A stretch of 64,000 nt of DNA. Source: Squalus acanthias (taxonomy: Eukaryota). Location of the stretch: contig CM059432.1 in NCBI GenBank assembly GCA_030390025.1, forward strand, positions 16,370,001-16,434,000, in the 5' to 3' direction. The translations under genes and the position numbers were made by a program. This document shows, one piece after another, positions 25,095 to 37,805 of the stretch. Under the pieces are notes generated by a model. The model was not told the DNA's origin, made no database searches, and was given only the letters and a program-made list of their open reading frames with translations. How positions within the stretch are numbered: position 1 is the first letter of the stretch; each line of letters starts with the position of its first letter.

Positions 25095-25400
25095 CTCTTT
25101 GACCAGGAGTGCGTTGGAATAGTCAAGTCTAGCAGTAACAAAGGCATGGATGAAGGTCTCAGCAGCAGATGAGCTGAGGCAGGGGCGGAATCGGGCGAAG
25201 TTACGGGGGTGGAAATAGGCGGTCTTACTGACGGCGCGGCTATGTGGTCGGAAGCTCATCTCGGGGTCAGATATGTCACCAAGTTTGCGAACTTAGGGCC
25301 TAGGCAGCTGAAGGCACAGCCGCCAATGGTGGGGTGGTTAAAATCGGGGATGCGCAAGAGGCCAGAATTGGAGGAGCGCCGAGATCTCGGAGTCTTGTAG
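25095..25400 (-). mobile_element. L2 fragments
   Basis: Peptide AETFIHAFVTARLDYSNALL. Confidence 0.75.
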
Positions 25401-25759
25401 GGTTGGGGGAGGTTACAGAAACCACTTCTCCACACTTACCCGAGTGGCAGCGGGTGGCCAATATGCCCAATTTTGCGGCGGCCGGCTGCTGCTTCCCTCC
25501 TAATTCCCGCCTGATCTGGGCGGGAGGTGGACTAGCGGCATATTAATGAGTCCTGCCGGTTATCACCACTCTGGCCTCATACTGCACAGGCAGGCGGGAA
25601 ACTAACTGAAACAGTTAAAAGCCCCCCGCCCCCTTAGTATATGTAGAACGATGTATAAGTCCTAAACCAATTAAACTTTTAATTCTCCCTTAATTAAGCC
25701 TGGAGGCAACTATACATGTTCTTTTTGTCATCTGTTGTGAATTTTTTTCAAAGTCTGTA

Positions 25760-27730
25760 ACAGGAAAATAACTAAAGAAAAAGGGTGGGACTAACAAATC
25801 TAGAGCTCCCTGGTTGTCAAGGGACATACAGGTTAGGATAAAAAAAAAAGGGAGGCTTATGACAGATACCGAGGGCTCAATACTGCAGAAACTCTAGAGG
25901 AGTATAGAAAGTGCAGGGGTGCAATTAAAAAGGAAATTAGGAAAGCAAAGAGAGAGCATGAAAAAATGTTGGCAAGTAAAATCAAGGAAAACACAAAGAT
26001 GTTTTATAAATACATTAAGAGCAAGAGGATAACTAAAGAAAGAGTAGGGCCTATTAGAGACTATAAAGGTAATCTGTGTGTGGAGGCGGATGGTTCTTAA
26101 TGTATACTTTGCGTCTGTTTTCACAAAAGAGCGGGCGATGCAGACATTGCAATCAGGGAGGAGTGTGACATATTAGATGAAATAAACATAGTGAGAGAGG
26201 AAGTACTAAGGGGCTTAACAGCTTTGAAAGTGGATAAATCCCCAGACCCAGATGAAATGTATCCCAGGCTGTTAAGAGAAGCAAAGAAGCAAAAGAGGAA
26301 ATAGCAGAGGCTCTGACCATCATTTTCCAATCCTCTCTGGCTACAGGTGTGGTGCCAGAGGACTGGAGGACTGCTAACGTTGTACCTTTGTTTAAAAAGG
26401 GAGAAAAAGATAGACCGAGTAATTACAGGTCAGTCAGCCTAACCTCGGTGGTGGGAAAATTATTGGAAAAAGTTCTGAGAGACAGGATAAATCTTCATTT
26501 AGAAAGACACGTGTCTGACTAACTTGATTGAATTGAGGAGGTAACAAGGAGGGTCGATGAGGGTAGTGCGTTTGATGTAGTGTATATGGATTTTAGCAAG
26601 GCTTTTGATAAGGTCCCACATGGCAGACTGGTCACGAAAGTGAAAGCCCATGGGATCTAGGGCAAAGTGGCAAGTTGGATCCAAAATTGGCTCAGAGGCA
26701 GGAAGCAAAGGGTAATGGTTGATGGGTGTTTTTGTGACTGGAAGGCTGTTTCCAGTGGAGCCCCGCAGGGCTCAGTATAGGTCCCTTGATTTTTGTGGTA
26801 TATATCAATGATTTAGACTTGAATGTAGGGGGTATGATTAAGAAGTTTGCAGGTGATACTAAAATCGTCTGTGTGGTTGATAATGAAGAAGAAAGCTGTA
26901 GACTGCAGGAAGATATCAATAAACAGGTCCAGTGGGCAAAACAGTGGCAAATGGAATTCAATCCGGAGAAGTGTGAGGTAATGCATTTGGGGAGGGCTAA
27001 CAAGGCAAGGGAATACACATTAAATGAGAAGTGTAGAGAAACAAAGGGACCTTGAGTGCAGGTCCACAGATCTCTAAAGGTAGCAGGCCAAGTAGATAAG
27101 GTGATTAAAAAGGCATACGGAATACTTGCCTTTATTAGCCGAGGCATAGAATACAAGAGCAGGGAGGTTATGCTTGAACTGTATAAAACACTAGTTAGGC
27201 CTCAGCTAGAGTACTGCATGCAGTTCTGGTCACCACATTACAGGAAAGATGTGATTGCACTAAAGAGGGTACAGAAGAGATTTACGAGGATGTTGCCTGG
27301 ACTGGAGAATTTTAGCGATGAGGAAAGATTGGATAGGCTGGGTTTATTTTCTTTGGAACAGAGGAGGCTGCGGGGAGACCTTATTGAGGTGTATAAAATT
27401 ATGAGGGGCCTCGATAGAGTGGATAGGAAGGACCTATTTCCCTTAGCAGAGAGGTCAACATACAGGGGTATAGATTTAAAGTAATTGGTAGGAGGTTTAG
27501 AGGGGATTTGATTGGAAATTTTGATGGGGGTCTGGAACTCACTGCCTGAAAGGGTGGTAGAGGCAGAAACCCTCACCACATTTAAAAAGTACTTGGATGA
27601 CCCGTAACCTACAGGGCTAAGGACCAAGAGCTGGAAAGTGGGATTAGGCTGGATAGCTCTTTGTCTGCCGGCACGGACACGATGGGCCGAAATGGCCTCC
27701 TTCCGTGCTGTAAATTTCTATGATTCTATG
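25760..27730 (+). mobile_element. Decayed 5'-truncated CR1
   Basis: Broken RT peptides (YINDLD, KFAGDTK, LVRPQLEYC); 3' TTCTATGATTCTATG. Confidence 0.9.
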
Positions 27731-28194
27731 ATATCTGTCATGGTAACTTTGACCAAACAAAGAACAGGTTATTTGTGCACTGTTGGATTGGTTCGCTCTA
27801 GAACACAATACAAATGATTTGGTTTCATGTGGGAAACACAGCATTTCTGGGCCTGAACAAAGAGACGAATGTCACTTGCAAAAGACAGCATGATAAATGA
27901 TCAGAATATTAAATTACCCCCTAATTTGCTACTTATTATTGACAAGAAGAATAGCAGTAACTACAACTGAAACTAACAAATGGGTGGGTATATTATAACT
28001 AGTATATCAAATTTCACATGCATCAGTGGAAAGTAATTCTTTTTGAGAAATTATATTTTGCTGGGTAAAATCAACAATTCTTCATTTTCTAAGGTTAAGT
28101 GTTAACATTTATAACCAATATAGTACACCCACAAAACTGATCAGGTACAAAATAGTTTGGATACATTAAGGATGAAATAATGGCCCGCATTTTC

Positions 28195-31100
28195 GCGACG
28201 CTGAGAACGTCGTGGATACCACGTTTAGCGAGTTGGTCACACCGCAGGCAAAGGGTGTACAGGCAGGAAGTGAATGGGTGACCACCAGGCAGAGTAAGAG
28301 GTGCAGGCAGGTAGTGCAAGGGTCCCCTGTGGCCATCCCCCTCTCAAACAGATATACCACTTTGGATACTGTTGGGGGATGACTTATCAGGGGAAGGCAG
28401 CAACAGCCAACTTCCTGGCACCATGGGTGGCTCTGCTGCACAGGCTGGGAGGAAAAAGTGTGGAAGAGCTATAGTGATAGGGGATTCAATTGTAAGGGGA
28501 ATAGATAGGCTTTTCTGCGGCCGCAAACGAGACTCCAGGATGGCGTGTTGCCTCCCTGGTGCAAGGGTCAAGGACGTCTCGGAGCGGCTACAGAACATTT
28601 TGGAGGGGAAGGGCGAACAGCCAGTTGTTGTGGTGCACATAGGCATCAACGATATCGGTAAAAAACGGGATGAGGTCCTAAAAGCAGAATATAGGGAGTT
28701 AGAAGGTAAATTAAAAAATAGGACCTCAAATATAGTAATCTCAGGATTGCTACCAGTGCCACGTGCTAGTCAGAGTAGAAATAGGAGGATATTTCAAATG
28801 AATACGTGGCTAGAGGAATGGTGCAAGGGGGAGGGATTCAAATTCCTTGGACATTGGAACCGGTTCTGGGGGAGGTGGGACCAGTACAAACGGGACGGTC
28901 TGCACCTGGGCAGGGCTGGGACTGATGTCCTAGGGGGAGTGTTTGCGAGTGCTGTTGGGGAGGGTTTAAACTAAAGTGGCAGGGGGTTGGGAACCTGAGC
29001 AGGGAGACAGAGGAAAGGGAAACAAGGATAAAAGCAAAAGACAGGAAGGAGAAAAACAAAAGTAGAAGGCAAAGAACTCAATGATTTAAATCAAACATGG
29101 TCACAGTAAATAATAATTCATATAGGTCTGAGAGCGTTAAAAAAACAAGCCTGAAGGCTTTGTGTCTTAATGCAAGGAGCATTCGGAACAAGGTGGATGA
29201 ATTAGCTGCGCAAATAGAGGTAAATGAATACGATTTGATTGGGATTACAGAAACATGGCTCCAGGGTGGCCAAGGCTGGGAACTCAACATCCAGGGGTAT
29301 TCAATATTTAGGAAACATAGGCAAAAAAGAAAGGGAGGTGGGGTAGCATTGCTGGTTAAAGAGGGGATTAACACAATTGAAAGGAAGGATATTAGCTCTG
29401 ATGATGCAGAATCTGTATGGGTAGAACTGAGAAATAACAAGGGGCAGAAAACGTTAGTGGGAGTGGTATATAGACCTCCAAACAGTAATACGGAGGTTGG
29501 GGACGTCATTAAAAGGGAAATTAGAGAAGCATGCAGTAAGGGCACAGCAGTCATCATGGGTGACTTTAATTTACATATAGATTGGGCTAACCAAATTAGT
29601 AAAAATACTGTGGAGGAGGAATTCCTAGAATGTTTACAGGATGGTTTCCTGGAACAATATGTCGAGGAACCAACCAGAGATCAGGCAATCTTAGACTGGG
29701 TATTATATAACGAGAAAGGATTAATTAGCAATCTTGTTGTACGAGGCCCCTTGGGTCAGAGTGATCATAATATGATAGAATTCTTCATTAGGATGGAGAG
29801 TGAAGTAGTTGAATCAGAGACTAGGGTCCTGAATTTAAATAAAGGAAACTACGATGGTATGAGGCGCGAATTTGGTAGGATTGATTGGGGAATGTCACTC
29901 AAAGGGTTGATGGTGGATAGGCAATGGCAAACATTCAAAGACTGCATGGATGAACTACAGAATTTGTGCATCCCAGTGTGGCATAAGAATAAAACAAAAA
30001 GGGTGACTCAACCGTGGCTAACAAGGGAAATTAGGGATAGCATAAGATCCAAGGAGAGGGCATATAAATTGGCCAGAAAAAGCGGTAACCCTGAGGATTG
30101 GGAGCAGTTTAGGATTCAACAAAGGAGGACAAAGGGATTAATTAAGAAGCGGAAAATTGAATATGAAAGTAAGCTTGCAGGGAACATAAAAACTGACTGT
30201 AAGAGCTTTTATAGATATGTGAAGAGAAAAAGATTAGTGAAATCAAGTGTAGGTCCCTTGCAGTCAGAAGCGGGGGAAGTTATAATGGGGAACAAAGAAA
30301 TGGCAGACCAATTAAATGCATATTTTGGTTCTGTCTTCACAAAGGAGGACACAAATAACCTCCCAGAGATGCTGGAGAACATACGGTCTGATGAAAGGGA
30401 GGAACTGAAAGAAATCAGTATTTGCAGGGAAATGGTGTTAGGGAAATTGACGGAATTGAAGGCCGATAAATCCCCAGGGCCTGATAATCTACATCCTAGG
30501 GTACTTAAGGAAGTGGCCCTAGAAATAGTAGATGCATTGCTGATCATCTTCCAACATTCGATGGAATCTGGAACTGTACCCATGGATTGGAGGGTAGCTA
30601 ATGTTACCCCACTATTCAAAAAGGGTGGTAGAGAGAAAGTGGGGAATTACAGACCGGTAAGCCTGACATCGGTAGTGGGGAAAATGCTAGAGTCCATTAT
30701 AAAGGATGTAATAGCAGAGCACTTGAAAAACAGTGACAGGATCGGACAAAGTCAACATGGATTTACAAAAGGTAAATCGTGCTTGACTAATCTACTGGAA
30801 TTTTTTGAGGATGTAACTGGGAAAATAGATAAGGGAGAAGCAGTAGATGTGGTGTATTTGGACTTTCAAAAGGCTTTCGATAAGGTCCCGCATAAGAGAT
30901 TAGCGTGTAAAGTTAAGGCACATGGGATTGGGGGCAAGGTATTGACTTGGATAGAGAACTGGTTGGCGGACAGAAAGCAGAGAGTAGGAATTAATGGGTC
31001 TTTTTCCGAGTGGCAGGCAGTGACCAGTGGGGTACTGCAGGGTTCGGTCCTTGGACCCCAGCTATTCACAATATACATTAATGATCTGGATAAGGGAACT

Positions 31101-32028
31101 AAATGTAATATCTCCAAGTTTGCAGATGACACAAAGCTGGGTGGGTGTGTGTGCTCCGAGGAGGATACTGAGAAACTCCAGGATGATTTGGACAGGTTGG
31201 GTGAGTGGGCAGAAGCGTGGCAGATGCAATATAACGTGGATAAATGCGAGGTTATCCACTTTGGTGTCAAAAACAGAAAGGCAGACTATTATCTGAATGG
31301 CAATAGATTGGGAGAAGGGGAAGTGCAACGAGACCTGGGTGTCCTTGTGCACCAGTCGCTGAAGGTAAGCATGCAGGTGCAGCAGGCGGTGAAGAAGGCA
31401 AATGGTATGTTGGCCTTCATAGCGAAAGGGTTTGAGTATAGGAACAGGGATGTCCTGCTGCAGTTGTACAGGACCTTGGTGAGACCACACCTTGAGTACT
31501 GTGTGCAGTTTTGGTCGCCTTATCTGAGGAAGGATGTTCTTGCCATGGAAGGAGTTCAGCGAAGATTCACAAGGCTGATACCTGGGATGGCAGGAATGAC
31601 ATATGAGGAGAGATTGGGTCGATTGGGCTTATACTCGCTGGAGTATAGAAGAATGAGAGGGGATCTCATCGAAACATATAAAATTCTGACAGGTCTGGAC
31701 AAACTAGATGCAGGAAGAATGTTCCCGATGGTTGGAGAGTCCAGAGCCGGGAGTCATAATCTAAGGATGGGGGGTAGGCCATTTAGGACAGAGATGAGGA
31801 AGAATTTCTTCGCCCAGAGAGTGGTGAACCTGTGGAATTCTCTACCACAAAAGGTAGTTGAGGCCAAGTCTTTAAATATATTCAAGAATGAGTTAGATAT
31901 ATTTCTTAAAGCTAAAGGTATCAAGGGATATGGGGAGTTTGGATGATCAGCCATGATCTCATCGAATGGCGGAGCAGGCTCGAGGGGCTGAATGGCCTAC
32001 TCCTGCTCCTATCTTCTATGTTTCTATG
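28195..32028 (+). mobile_element. 5'-truncated CR1 LINE: partial ORF1 (SGNH esterase), full ORF2 (APE endonuclease + RT), 3' UTR ending in (TTTCTATG)-type repeats
   Basis: ORF1 motifs VIGDSIVR, HIGIND and DGLHL, with an apparent frameshift near 28375. ORF2 motifs [37 protein letters not shown]1-type 3' end. Confidence 0.95.
29097..31946 (+). CDS. CR1 ORF2 endonuclease/reverse transcriptase (949 aa)
   Basis: Uninterrupted ORF with APE and RT motifs. The usual GVPQG reads GVLQG here. Confidence 0.9.
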   Translation: MVTVNNNSYRSESVKKTSLKALCLNARSIRNKVDELAAQIEVNEYDLIGITETWLQGGQGWELNIQGYSIFRKHRQKRKGGGVALLVKEGINTIERKDISSDDAESVWVELRNNKGQKTLVGVVYRPPNSNTEVGDVIKREIREACSKGTAVIMGDFNLHIDWANQISKNTVEEEFLECLQDGFLEQYVEEPTRDQAILDWVLYNEKGLISNLVVRGPLGQSDHNMIEFFIRMESEVVESETRVLNLNKGNYDGMRREFGRIDWGMSLKGLMVDRQWQTFKDCMDELQNLCIPVWHKNKTKRVTQPWLTREIRDSIRSKERAYKLARKSGNPEDWEQFRIQQRRTKGLIKKRKIEYESKLAGNIKTDCKSFYRYVKRKRLVKSSVGPLQSEAGEVIMGNKEMADQLNAYFGSVFTKEDTNNLPEMLENIRSDEREELKEISICREMVLGKLTELKADKSPGPDNLHPRVLKEVALEIVDALLIIFQHSMESGTVPMDWRVANVTPLFKKGGREKVGNYRPVSLTSVVGKMLESIIKDVIAEHLKNSDRIGQSQHGFTKGKSCLTNLLEFFEDVTGKIDKGEAVDVVYLDFQKAFDKVPHKRLACKVKAHGIGGKVLTWIENWLADRKQRVGINGSFSEWQAVTSGVLQGSVLGPQLFTIYINDLDKGTKCNISKFADDTKLGGCVCSEEDTEKLQDDLDRLGEWAEAWQMQYNVDKCEVIHFGVKNRKADYYLNGNRLGEGEVQRDLGVLVHQSLKVSMQVQQAVKKANGMLAFIAKGFEYRNRDVLLQLYRTLVRPHLEYCVQFWSPYLRKDVLAMEGVQRRFTRLIPGMAGMTYEERLGRLGLYSLEYRRMRGDLIETYKILTGLDKLDAGRMFPMVGESRAGSHNLRMGGRPFRTEMRKNFFAQRVVNLWNSLPQKVVEAKSLNIFKNELDIFLKAKGIKGYGEFG

Positions 32029-33458
32029 ATCGGAGGCTTCCTGCGTGCGGAGGCCTCCAATCTGGAAAAAATCTACGCCCTTACCTGAGAGCTCCGAAGG
32101 TCTGGACATTTCCACTCCTGGTCCTCTGCTGTACGAAATGCACAGGGCCCAGGTATCCCAGGGGCGCATGTGGTTCGCAAGCGTCCCTGGGATCACATGG
32201 GCCATGGGGAACCAATGGAAGAAGGGAATCCCCTTCATACTTTTGACAGGTCTCTCAGCTTAGACCCGTCAAAAGTATGAATGGGGATCACTCAAAAAAC
32301 ACATCAAAACATTAAATAATTTTTTTTTTAAATCACTTTTTTTAAATTAGTTAAAATTACATTAAATTAAATATTTTAAACAAAAATTTAATTTTTTGAA
32401 AAAAAAATTGGCCCGGATATTCCGATCCCTATGGGTGGGTAATTTCAGCTGTGTACCCGCATGCGCTGAAAACCGGCATTTCCAATCTGTCAAGAATGCT
32501 CTTGACAGATCGGACGCCTGCCCTGGAGAAGGGCCTCTGCGGGCGGATAGTTCCGCCTTCTGGAGTCCGTCCGCCTGCAGAAAATCTTTAGAATTCTTAT
32601 GCCTGGTAAAAGCAGGCGCAGGCGTAAGGCCTGCTTTTACCAGGATAAGAGTTGAAAAAAAGTTTTTTTAAAAATTTAAAAAAATTTCAGGCATTTATCA
32701 TTTAAAAATACTTTAAAAATAAGTTTATTTTTAGCCCTGTAAAAAACTTTAATTTCTTTTGTTTAAAACATTTAATTTATTGTAATTTCAACTAATTTAA
32801 AAAATGTGATTTAAAAAAAATTTATTTAATGTTTTAAAGTGTTTTTGGGGTGATCTCCATTCATGTATTTGACAGGTCTATCTGTCAAGTGTATGAAGGG
32901 AGATTCCCTTCTTTGATTGGCTCCCCATGGCCCACGTGATCCCAGGGACGCTTGCGAACCGCATGTGCCCCGGGATACGTAGGCCCTGCACACTTGGAGT
33001 TCGAGAGGCCCAGTATCGGAACTATACGCTCCTCGGGAGCTCTCAGGTAAGTGCGTAGATTTTTTCTCCGATCGGAAAATACGGCCAAAGTTTTTTTCGG
33101 GGCTAAAAGTAAACTTACCTTTTTTATAAGTATTTTAAAATTATAAATGAGTGAAAAAAAATATTTTTTTACTTTTTTAAACTCTTATGCTGGTAAAAGC
33201 AGGCCTTACACCTGCTTTTACAAGGCGTAAGATTTTTAAGGGATTTCAGCGGGCGGAGGTTCTGCAGAAAGTGGAACTCTCCACCCGCAGAGGCCCTTCT
33301 CCAGGGCAGGCGGATGATCTGTCAAGAGGGTTCTTGACAGATCAGAAGTGCCGGTTTTCAGCGCATGCGCTTCGCATGCCTGAAACCGGCACTTGCAAGG
33401 TCCCTACGGGTATGTACACAGCTCGTACACACCCGTAGGGATCGGAAAATACGGGCCA
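32029..33458. mobile_element. Non-autonomous TIR element (left tip at 28181-28194) with an inverted copy of the same family (32409-33087) nested in it
   Basis: TIRs TGGCCCGCATTTTC|GATC...GATCGGAAAATACGGGCCA and TGGCCCGGATATTCCGATC...GATCGGAAAATACGGCCA; the internal segments are reverse-complement homologues. Confidence 0.8.
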
Positions 33459-34215
33459 TGGTTATCTTATTACATGTAGGCTAATAACTAACCAGACTGG
33501 AGCTAAACTGATGATTTAGAATATATTTAAATGAGGCTTGATTGATGTAAAACATAGGGTAAAATGTGCAAGTCTCCACTTGCGACCTAGAGTGAAAGGC
33601 CGGTGTTCCAACCAGTGTTTAACCCCGCCCCCAAGCACATAATTACTTCAAAATCAACAATGTCTTTATTAAATGTCAGCCATTAATTGACCATGCTGAA
33701 AAAAGAATCAGCATTTTTTTTAACAGTGAAAGACTGAAGAAAGTTGATTGATTCTTACCAAATTCTAGTTTTGTTTTATCAAATTCAAGATGTAAAACAT
33801 CAAAATTCACATCATTTGGTGAAATTCACTCCCATGGGAGTCAAAGGTTACGGAGAACAGGCAGAAAAGTGGAGTTGAGGCCAAGATCAGATCAGCCATG
33901 ATCTTATTGAAAGGCTCGAGGGGCCGAATGGCCGACTCCTGCTCCTGTTACTTATGTTCTTATGCAATGGAGACAGATTAATATCTAGGCAATGGTAATA
34001 CAACAGGAATAAGATTGGAGATTAAAACAAATCTTTTTATATTCAAATTCATTCATCTTTAAATAATACATGTGAATGTCAATTATATGGTTAAAATACC
34101 TGCGATCAATTATCTTCCAGTAAAGAATTTAGTACGTAACCTTTCTATTATAGTTATAGTTATAGTGATTCTAATTAAATGGCAACAATCACTAACAACA
34201 TTTCCACATAGCATT

Positions 34216-34221
34216 TATAAA
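34216..34221 (+). promoter_or_regulatory. Candidate TATA box of the Ly6 gene
   Basis: TATAAA about 50 nt upstream of the ATG at 34269. Confidence 0.5.
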
Positions 34222-34268
34222 GGAGAATTATTTTTCCACATGAACACTTGCACAAACCGTGAGACAAG

Positions 34269-34320
34269 ATGAAGACTGTTTTATTCCTTCTGCTCGTGAA
34301 TTACCTCTGTACAAGTTCAG
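34269..34320 (+). CDS. Ly6/uPAR (three-finger) gene exon 1, signal peptide MKTVLFLLLVNYLCTSS
   Basis: 52-nt phase-1 exon ending CAG|GTAATA. Hydrophobic signal peptide typical of the Ly6 family; joins in frame to 48892. Confidence 0.8.
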
Positions 34321-35170
34321 GTAATATGTTTTTTACAGACTTAAATTTAACATAGTACTTTTCATGATTCAGAAATTTTAAAATTAATATTTTGGTGCTT
34401 TACAAATGTATTTTTGGGAACGTTGTGCTCTGGGTTAGGATATGAGGGACAGCTGTCCAAGTTTCCGCTGCAGTTAGGGACCTCACATGATGGGCGTGCA
34501 TATCAGGGAATCACCTCCTGCTGCTCTCAATTTTCCATTTCTTCATTTTAATGGATGTAAAATCATCAATATGTATATTCATTCCTACACTTTGTGTCAC
34601 TCAACAGGGATGCCCTCTCCCTTCTTTGCTGTTTGTTGCAGTGATTGACTCCTTGGCATTAGTCAGGACAAACTCAATATACCCGAGTTCCACTTTCTCA
34701 ATGACTTGGGACAGAAGATAATACATGTGGATGATGTATTCCAGGTTTTCCTGTACGTATTGGATCGTCTGGACACAGCACACTGAGGAAAATCGAGCAG
34801 GGAAGATTGCATGCACACAAAGCAGCCCATCCGATATTCCTCCGCACACTGCACCCAGGCAATCCAATACTTTGAAGCACAATAACATTTACCATATGTC
34901 CCACAGCTGGTGTTTCTTGACCTTGGGTCTGTTCATAAACATGCTTTCCTTTCAGGGTATTAAATTAAATATGTTTGGGTCAAGAAATTTCATAAGGAAA
35001 TTGATGAATTGTTCCATCTGATTGGGCGCCCAAGGGATCCAAAACTTCGGTAAGCATTGCCTGTTATGGCAGAATTCAAACAGCTACTTAAAACCATCTG
35101 CCATGATCTGGAATGGTGAGCTTCCCTTCCAATAACATAGTCTGATCTGATCAACACTATAAAGATCAAT

Positions 35171-35620
35171 GGGGGTTAAATTGGGTGCCTTTGCGCCTCC
35201 CGTTAGGGGGGCACTAACGGGGCACAAATGGCTTTGCGACCGGGCACGACGCTGACATCGTCTCCCGCCATATTCGGCGGGAGTTTTGCGGCGGCGTTGC
35301 ACCCTGATCTCCTTCATCCGGAGATCGTGACGTCATCGCTGTGCGCATCCCCCCAGTAGCGCCCCGGACCCGAAATTGACCTCTGACCCCCTGCCAGGAG
35401 GCGCAAAGACAAAAACGCCGACAGCTGCAGGAGGCGTGCATCGGGCGGCCGGCCACTTCGGGGGGCGATGATTAAAGGCGAGGTGGCCGAGGTAAGTAAA
35501 AAAAAACTTACCTTTATTGTTCCAGGTTTTTTCGCAGGCTCCTGCCGGCAATCGATCAGCCCGGCACTCTGCTTGAGTGATGTTAACGCCCCAAAATGGT
35601 CGATACCGAATTATTCCCCC
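35171..35620. mobile_element. Harbinger-like MITE
   Basis: Termini GGGGGTTAAATTGG / CCGAATTATTCCCCC; GC-rich interior; related to 48354. Confidence 0.65.
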
Positions 35621-37339
35621 CATGTATTTTCCAGGTTATTGTATTTCTTTCAGGTGTCCCCTGTTCCCTTCCGCAGGGGTTTATTTTTTCCTCATTACTG
35701 TGTGAAATTAATGCATTCCATTTGGAGTAGGAGTAGGAAGACTCCAAGAGTAGCACTTAAAACTCTTCTAAGCCTTAAAAATCAGGGAAGTGTTGGTGCT
35801 TCTAAGATTCCCTATATGCTTCTGACCAGCTTCATTACACAAATCAAGTATTAATATGAAGACAGCAGCATTTAGCATTTACCATTTTACATTTTTTTGT
35901 TCTTGGATTGATGATGGGGCAGTAATTGTTCGGGCTTGGATTTAAAAGGTACAGGTATTATCAAAATTGTTATAGTTAGAGTAGGTATATTTTCTTATAA
36001 TCATTATTTTTAGAAAAACCAGTGGATGTGAGTATGAAGCGGAGACGCCTGCTATGTACCCACATCTATATCTTCTTCCACTAAAAATAGCAGAGTAAAA
36101 TACCCGCCATGTTTTAAAACACCATAATCTGATCCGTAGAAGATTTTGGGATAGCATTTCCATGGGAGTTCTCCCAACTTCCTGCCCTAACTTTGGCTGT
36201 TTAGCTAAATGGCTGTTTACACTGTTTCTCCAGGGTTTCTATTGATCTTCCAGGCAGGAGATTGGGAGAATCTACCCGGAAATCCCAGGTGCTTGTTCCG
36301 AAGTGAAGTTTTAAATTAACTCAAATTTCATTTTTTAATAGAGGTGGCGTGCCCTTTATAACAAAATATTTACTCAAGACAAATGTATTTTTCAGTAGAT
36401 CTACTCTGAGTGAACTAAGATGATTACAGATCCCTGTGTCACGTGCATATGTCACAATTAAATACCCATTAATGAAACATTTTGTGATTGAGACTGCCTC
36501 ATCAGCCACCATTTAATCACATGTTATCTGGTTTAATCCGTACCAATAACCACCTAAGTGATTATTTTTATTCTTAATCATTTTATGTTCATATTGAGGC
36601 CCACAGCTACATCAACATAAAATATTATACTGATTGATGTGTCATGTCACTTCAGTAAATAAATAAGTTTGGAGGACTGGATAGTGTTGCCTTTCAAGTC
36701 TGGGAACTGGCCTCAAATTCAGCTCAGTCTAAGGGGATGAAAATGGCTTTCTCTCCTGGTTATAAGAATCCTATTTGAAATAACTTTGGGCTGTCTCAGT
36801 TTAGTGGGTCACAGGACAAAAATGGATGTAAGCGGTATACTTTTCTCTGTAAAAAAATCTCCCCAGCTTTATACTTACATTTACTGCTTCACTAAAACTG
36901 ATGAACAGAGAAAAATTGCTCTTAAATTGCCAATCTCATTCAGTCAGGCCACAGGATGAAAGATGTGGGAAATAGAAAAATGTTACACTGGTATATCTTT
37001 TGAGTTTGGGGCTGAGGCACATTGCTTGGGTAAAGAGAGTCTTATTCTGCATACAACTGTGCTATACCTGACCTGGAAGTGCTGGATGCCCAAAATGGAA
37101 AGTTTTCCATTCTCCAATATCCCTCCCCTTGATAAGTTAAAAACTTCACAAAATGTCATTAAAAATATGGCCTAGAAATTCGTCTAAGACGGTGGCGAAA
37201 AACGGGCGGTATCAGATCGGCTGCCCGTTATATGCAGCACCTCATATTCAGTTCCATTGCAGTCTCTCCAAATGTTGTCCCTCCCAGTGACCATAGGCTG
37301 ATGTGCCAGTTTCTTCCAGTCACTGATGGTTTTCATTGA

Positions 37340-37805
37340 TGTGTCAGCCAGTGGATCAGTGGGTAGCACCCTTGCCTCTGAGTCAGAAGGTTGTGGGTTC
37401 AAGTCCCACTCCAGTGACTTGAGCACAAAAATCTAGGCTGACACTACAGTGCAGCACTGAGGGAGTGCTGCACTGTCAGCGGTGCTGTCTTGCAGATGAG
37501 ATGTTAAACCGAGGCCCTGTCTGCTCTCTCAGGTGGATGTAAAAGATCCCACGGCACTATATTGAAGAAGAGCAGGGGAGTTATCCCCGGTGGCCTGGCC
37601 AATATTTATCCCTCAATCAACAGCACTAAAACAGATTATCTGGGTCATTATCACATTGCTGTTTGTGGGAGCTTGCTGTGCGCAAATTGGCTGCCGTGTT
37701 TCCTACACTACAACAGTGACTACAATTCAAAAAGTACCTCATTGACTGTAAAGCTTTGGGATGTCCGGTGGTCGTGAAAGGCGCTATATGAATGCAAGTC
37801 TCTCT
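37340..37805 (+). mobile_element. Near full-length tRNA-derived SINE with L2-like tail
   Basis: Head GTGGATCAGTGGGTAGCAC...GGTTCAAGTCCC; same family as the copies at 2270, 9412, 10915 and 21604. Confidence 0.85.

Noticed and set aside
34600..34950. Extra Ly6 exon or separate gene
   Set aside because: Contains a QGCPL-like remnant suggesting a heavily decayed L1-type RT; no consistent splice sites or frame.
37345..37415. tRNA gene
   Set aside because: The A/B boxes belong to a SINE head that continues into a SINE body and tail; multiple decayed copies occur in the window.
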